Origin: Psammoneis japonica
Taxonomy: Eukaryota
Length of the DNA: 64,000 nt
Assembly: GCA_008632985.1 (NCBI GenBank)
Contig: QPGO01000014.1
Span: 696,289 to 760,288 of the forward strand
Direction of reading: 5' to 3'
Below the pieces are notes generated by a model, which was not told where the DNA came from, made no database searches, and saw only the letters and a program-made list of their open reading frames with translations. Positions 59,601 through 64,000 of this stretch are shown here, piece by piece (the stretch's first letter is position 1; the number at the start of each line of letters is the position of its first letter). The translations under genes and the position numbers were made by a program.

Positions 59601-62600
59601 GGGAAGCAGGAGGCACAAAGACCCAGTGGGGACATGGAGCTGCATCCCAGGAAGTCCAGCTTCAGTGGCCCCATTGTTTGGACCATGGTTTCCAAACTCA
59701 ATTTCCTGCACGGGGTCATTGTTTGCACCACGTTCACACCGCCAAGCTTTCATTGTCATGTGGCCATCAACAAGGCCTGGGCATCCAAGCAAGTCAATGG
59801 CAATCACCTGTTGAACACCATGGTTTGGATTCTGAGCTGTGGTCAACCAATCCAAAGCTTTGGCACAAACGTGCTCTTCAGTCTCTGAGTGTGCTGCTTC
59901 AACTGTGAGATTTGGCCATCGGTTTCCTGTGCTGTCGGCAGTGTCAACATGGTTGGGTCCTGGAAAAAATCTTCATTATTTGCAAGCTGTCCATCCAGTT
60001 CACAGGACCAGTTGGCATTGTTGTTGTCACTTCTGGGGCCAAACGCGCTTGCAAAATCACCACTGCAATCACCCATCTCCATGACAAGCTCAAAAATGCC
60101 TTCTCTTGCAGTGCATTCATGTGCAGCAAGTGGCAGCTTGTAAAGCCAGGCTCCACCATCTCAAAACTCACAGCAAGAGTGCCCTTCTAGAGCATCACAT
60201 TGAGTGTGGAACTCTCCCAGTGTCAATTCTTTGTCAACAAGACAAAATGGCAAGGACGCAATCTGCTCCTCACAAGACATGGAATTGAACCAGTTCAGGG
60301 CGTCCATGATTGAAATTATGTGCGCAAATGAATCAACAACTGGTCCTTCCTTGGCAACAGTTGCCACGTCTTCAGTGCAGCCACCGCCCCTTCCTTCCAA
60401 TGTGTCTTTGTTGGCACGAATCAGATCCAATGAGACAACGGAGAGTGATGAAAAAGTGCCATTGGCTGAAGCGCCGGTCTGGTTTGATGGCGACTTGTTG
60501 CTGATGGGCATTTTGTTTGACAAAGGCGGGCCTTGCACTGTCAAGCACAGCAAGAGCAATGCATCAGTTGTGCTTTTTGTTGATTCAATGAAGCACGCAA
60601 CTGCAGGGTTGCTCTGGTGTGTCACCTGTGCCATTGCCATGGTTTTGATCGCCACTGTCTTGCCACCGCAGTGCAACTGTGATCATGCATTGTGCAAGTT
60701 GTGAACATGGAGCATGACAGAGAGGAGTCATGCAAGCAGCTGGAAATGAGTTCAACAACTGAACCCTGGAGCAGTTGCCTCAACCAGCAATTGGCAAGTG
60801 CTGCCCATCATCTTGAAGTTTGTTTTTAAGCAAATGTTTTTCTGAACCATTTGTCTGTTTAATTGAAACCATTTGTGACTGTTTTCCGCCACAGGCATGG
60901 TGCCAGGAGCAGGCACACAGCCTCCCAGCATGCAGTCTCCTGGCACACCATCAATCTGACAGAAAATGAAGATGACTGGGTGAAAGAAAATAATTTCTCC
61001 TTGCTGCTGTCTAAATGACAGATGAGTCTCCATGCAGAGACCATCACAGGAGCCAAAAGACTGGTGCTGTGACATGGCACTGCTGTTGTTGTTCTTGTGA
61101 GCCCTGGTGGCTTGAGAGCAAACTGCCTTGCACATTGCGTGCACAACCAAGAGCACACACAGTTGTGTGTGACAAACTAAAATCTTGTTCAAATCCTGTC
61201 ATCATGCCTGGCTGGCACAGGTGCAAGTGATGGCAGGTGCACTGCTGAGTCAAGCAGCACAGCTCAGCTTTGAGTCAAACCCCAGGCTGGCCACCAGCTC
61301 CGAGTGCCTCCTGTGTGTTTTTTTGTTTGAGCTGCGCCATGCCAACTGCACAAAGCTGCTTTGTGGTGGCTTGCATGCCACATTGAGGTGGTCAGGCCCA
61401 TGCAGTGAAGGCCACACATGTGCCACTGACCCTGTGCAAAGCTGCCTGAGGCCAAGCACAAAAATCTGCAATGGCTGCTGGCTCAGATGTGTTGCAAACA
61501 GGGTGCAGAGGCAGCAGCATGCACAGTCAGTTGTGGCAAAGTCTTGTGCATCTTGGTGTGTGGACAGGGGGCAGAGGGGCGGCAGGGTGCAAGATTGTCA
61601 TTGATGCAGCAAGAAGGCTTGCAAAGTTGCTCATTTAACTCAGAGCCAGCACTGTGAGCAGCTGCAGTGCAAAGATTTGGGCAGCTTGGCCAGCTTGTGC
61701 TCTTTGCTCACATGGTGCAAAGTGCTGTCTCATGACTGTTTTGGCACTGGCTTTGGTGCACTCTGCCAGCAAAACCAGCAACAATGAGGGCACACCCCTG
61801 GGAAGTCATGCTGGGTGGAGGGCTCAGCCTTGCCACCAAAGCACCAATCATGTTGCCTCATCTTGTCTCATCTTGTGATGATTTGAACCTGCAACCCCAA
61901 GTTGCTGGGTGCATTGGCTGGCAGCAGGGAAAGCAGTCTTGAGTGCTGGCTGGCACGTGAGGGTGGTGCTGTTGCCAAGAGCTCACAACCCTCAGTCAGA
62001 TGTCTTGGCCTGCAGTTTGGAAAACATTTTTGATTGCAGCCTGCTGGTGTGTGGGCGATGCCATCAACAAGAGCTACCACTCTGCAGTGAAAGATGGAAG
62101 CAAGCAGAAAAGTGTTGCAAGAAGTGTCATGGCAATGATTGGGTGGGATGACAGCATCTGGACCTTGCTGACCTGGATGAAGCAGCCACAGCAGGAGAGA
62201 TCCCACACTTTTGTGATGGAGTGTCCAATGCCGGACAAAGCTTGAGCACAGAGGAGAGCAGTCCATTCAAGCTCCAGAAAGCAGACAACATTGCACATGT
62301 GTTCATTCATCAACATGCCTCAAGCTGCAAGTCACAAAAACCACTGCCAATCTTTCTGCCAGCCACAGATCAAACAGCAAGTGTGCTGCTTTTTAGGGCC
62401 CAAGATTCAAAACAGGGGTGGCTCATCAACTCTCTTCTTGTTTCATCCATTCAAGAGCTTCTTGTTCTCTCCAAGTCTTTGGTGTGCATTCATGTCTCTG
62501 TTGATTCAAGTGCAAAGAGCAGTCATTTCTTGTTTTGCTTTCTCTCTGCTGGTTGCTGGTTGTTGAGTGGTGCATTTTTTGTTGTCACAATTTGGAAATT

Positions 62601-64000
62601 GGCAAGCCCAATCACTGCTTGAATGTCAACCCATTTTCCACATTTTAAGTCTCCAAAGTGCAAAATGCAACAAGCCCACAGCCCTCAATTGTTTCATGCA
62701 ATGCAATGCAATTCTTTGAAAGGTGCCCAACATCAACTCAATTCAGTTGAAATCCCAGTTTGTCAATGACTCAAAATCACAAACATCAAACAAATGGCTG
62801 CTTTTGACATCAAGCTCCCCAACTTCATTCCAGATGTGACTGTGCACCTCAAAGTTCATGGCCATGATGCATGCAAGCATGCTTTGTTGTCATTGTCAAG
62901 CACTTGTGCATGAAAGAAAGCCAGTGCATCAAAGTTCAGCAAAAGGATGGAACACAAATTCATTTGTGTGTTCATTTCCTGCATTGGTGTGGTGATGTCA
63001 GGGGCAGAATCGATCGCAACTGTGCACTCACCATGATTGACATTTCTGCATTTTTGCCATTTTGAAATCCCGCCATCAGCCATTTAACACCCATTGTCAG
63101 CCATTTGGCAGTCTTTGTGCTGAAGCAGAATTTTCATTAAGGATCATTGTTGACCATTTGGCTTGCGCTGGCTCAAGGTCATTTAATGAGATGGGTCATG
63201 GGCTCATCGTCAACCAGCCAGAAGCATGAAATCTTTGCCAATTTTTCCTGAATTTTGCTGTGCTTCGCCGTGGTGAAACAACAAACCACAAGTCTGTGAT
63301 GGAGGAGGCATGTGTGCCAACTCTCATTTGTTTTGTGTTTGTCAAAGATTGCACGTGTGTGAAAAGTTGGCAGACAGCAAGCTGCATTTTTGAGAAATGT
63401 TGATCACTGTCATCATCACCCCATGCTTTGATTGCCATGCTGGTGGTTCTCATTTTTGTGTGTGACAGGGTGTGACTGTGAAAAGCTCTTGTCTTCAAAA
63501 ATGAGCAAAAAGCACCAGTGTTGCTTGGAAAGAACTGCCATTGTCAAAGCTGGGTCATTGTTTTCCGCTGTTTTTTTAAACAGCTTGTGATTTTCCCATT
63601 TCCCCATGCTTTGCCCGTGCTGTTTTGTGATGCCTCTGAGCACCCCGAAACACTTGTGAGTGTGTCCAGCCCACATCAGGGCTGTCAGACCTTTGTGTGA
63701 ACTAAACTTGTCAACCTTCAAATGCATGTTGTTGGCTTGGCAAGGTTGTCACATTTGACAAAGTGCCATTTTTTTTAAAGTCAGACTGCTTGTGGCAAAC
63801 AAGCCACAACTTTCCAGGAAATGCCCATCAGAGGCCCGTTTCAAGAATGAGCTGTCTTGTCATCAGACCAGTGGACAGTCTCGCAGATGACATGTGTGAG
63901 TGTTGTCACACAAATTTGTTTGTGATGAATCATCGTCATTCAACATGAATCACACCTGTTCACCACAAATGGGTGTGATTAAAAACTGACAAATGTCCAT
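50660..64000. mobile_element. Large block of nested, highly degenerate repeats, TpA/CpG depleted
   Basis: Extreme TA scarcity and TG/CA excess; no credible intact ORF. Confidence 0.65.
52540..52810 (+). mobile_element. Ty3/Gypsy-like integrase fragment
   Basis: LMTGPATGWFERAEVSVKSAEIVPNIVVEQ...WLRKVIFGRG resembles the MIDPATGWFE...YPWP..VIFDRG integrase core of algal Gypsy elements. Confidence 0.6.

Noticed and set aside
50660..64000. Many overlapping Cys/His/Gln-rich ORFs that look like small metal-binding proteins
   Set aside because: TA loss removes TAA/TAG stops and inflates TGY/CAY/CAR codons, producing spurious ORFs in all six frames

Overview
Eukaryotic nuclear DNA, most likely from a diatom: it has short GT-AG introns, bipartite 'xxF' plastid-targeting peptides and a CoDi-type Ty1/Copia element. 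Small islands of host genes (GH36 alpha-galactosidase, a BUD13 remnant, an MLO-like membrane protein, DnaJ, a GT92-like glycosyltransferase, a LURP-one protein, a plastid aspartyl protease, a lumenal Ala/Lys coiled-coil protein, MED4) alternate with large blocks of transposon-derived DNA. The main signal is that the repeat blocks are almost free of TpA (and poor in CpG) and full of TpG/CpA, with sharp borders against normal genic DNA. In the complete Copia element (22117-28883), conserved Tyr codons have become Cys or His (3 Tyr in a 1014-aa pol ORF; RT motif HADD), and its two LTRs differ mostly at TA/CG vs TG/CA sites. This points to repeat-targeted A-to-G hypermutation at TpA, the reverse of fungal RIP, acting alongside CpG decay. 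The responsible enzyme is not visible in this window. A young, unmutated pogo-like transposon (47210-50549) encodes an unusual spliced SAM-like + J-domain + DDE transposase.
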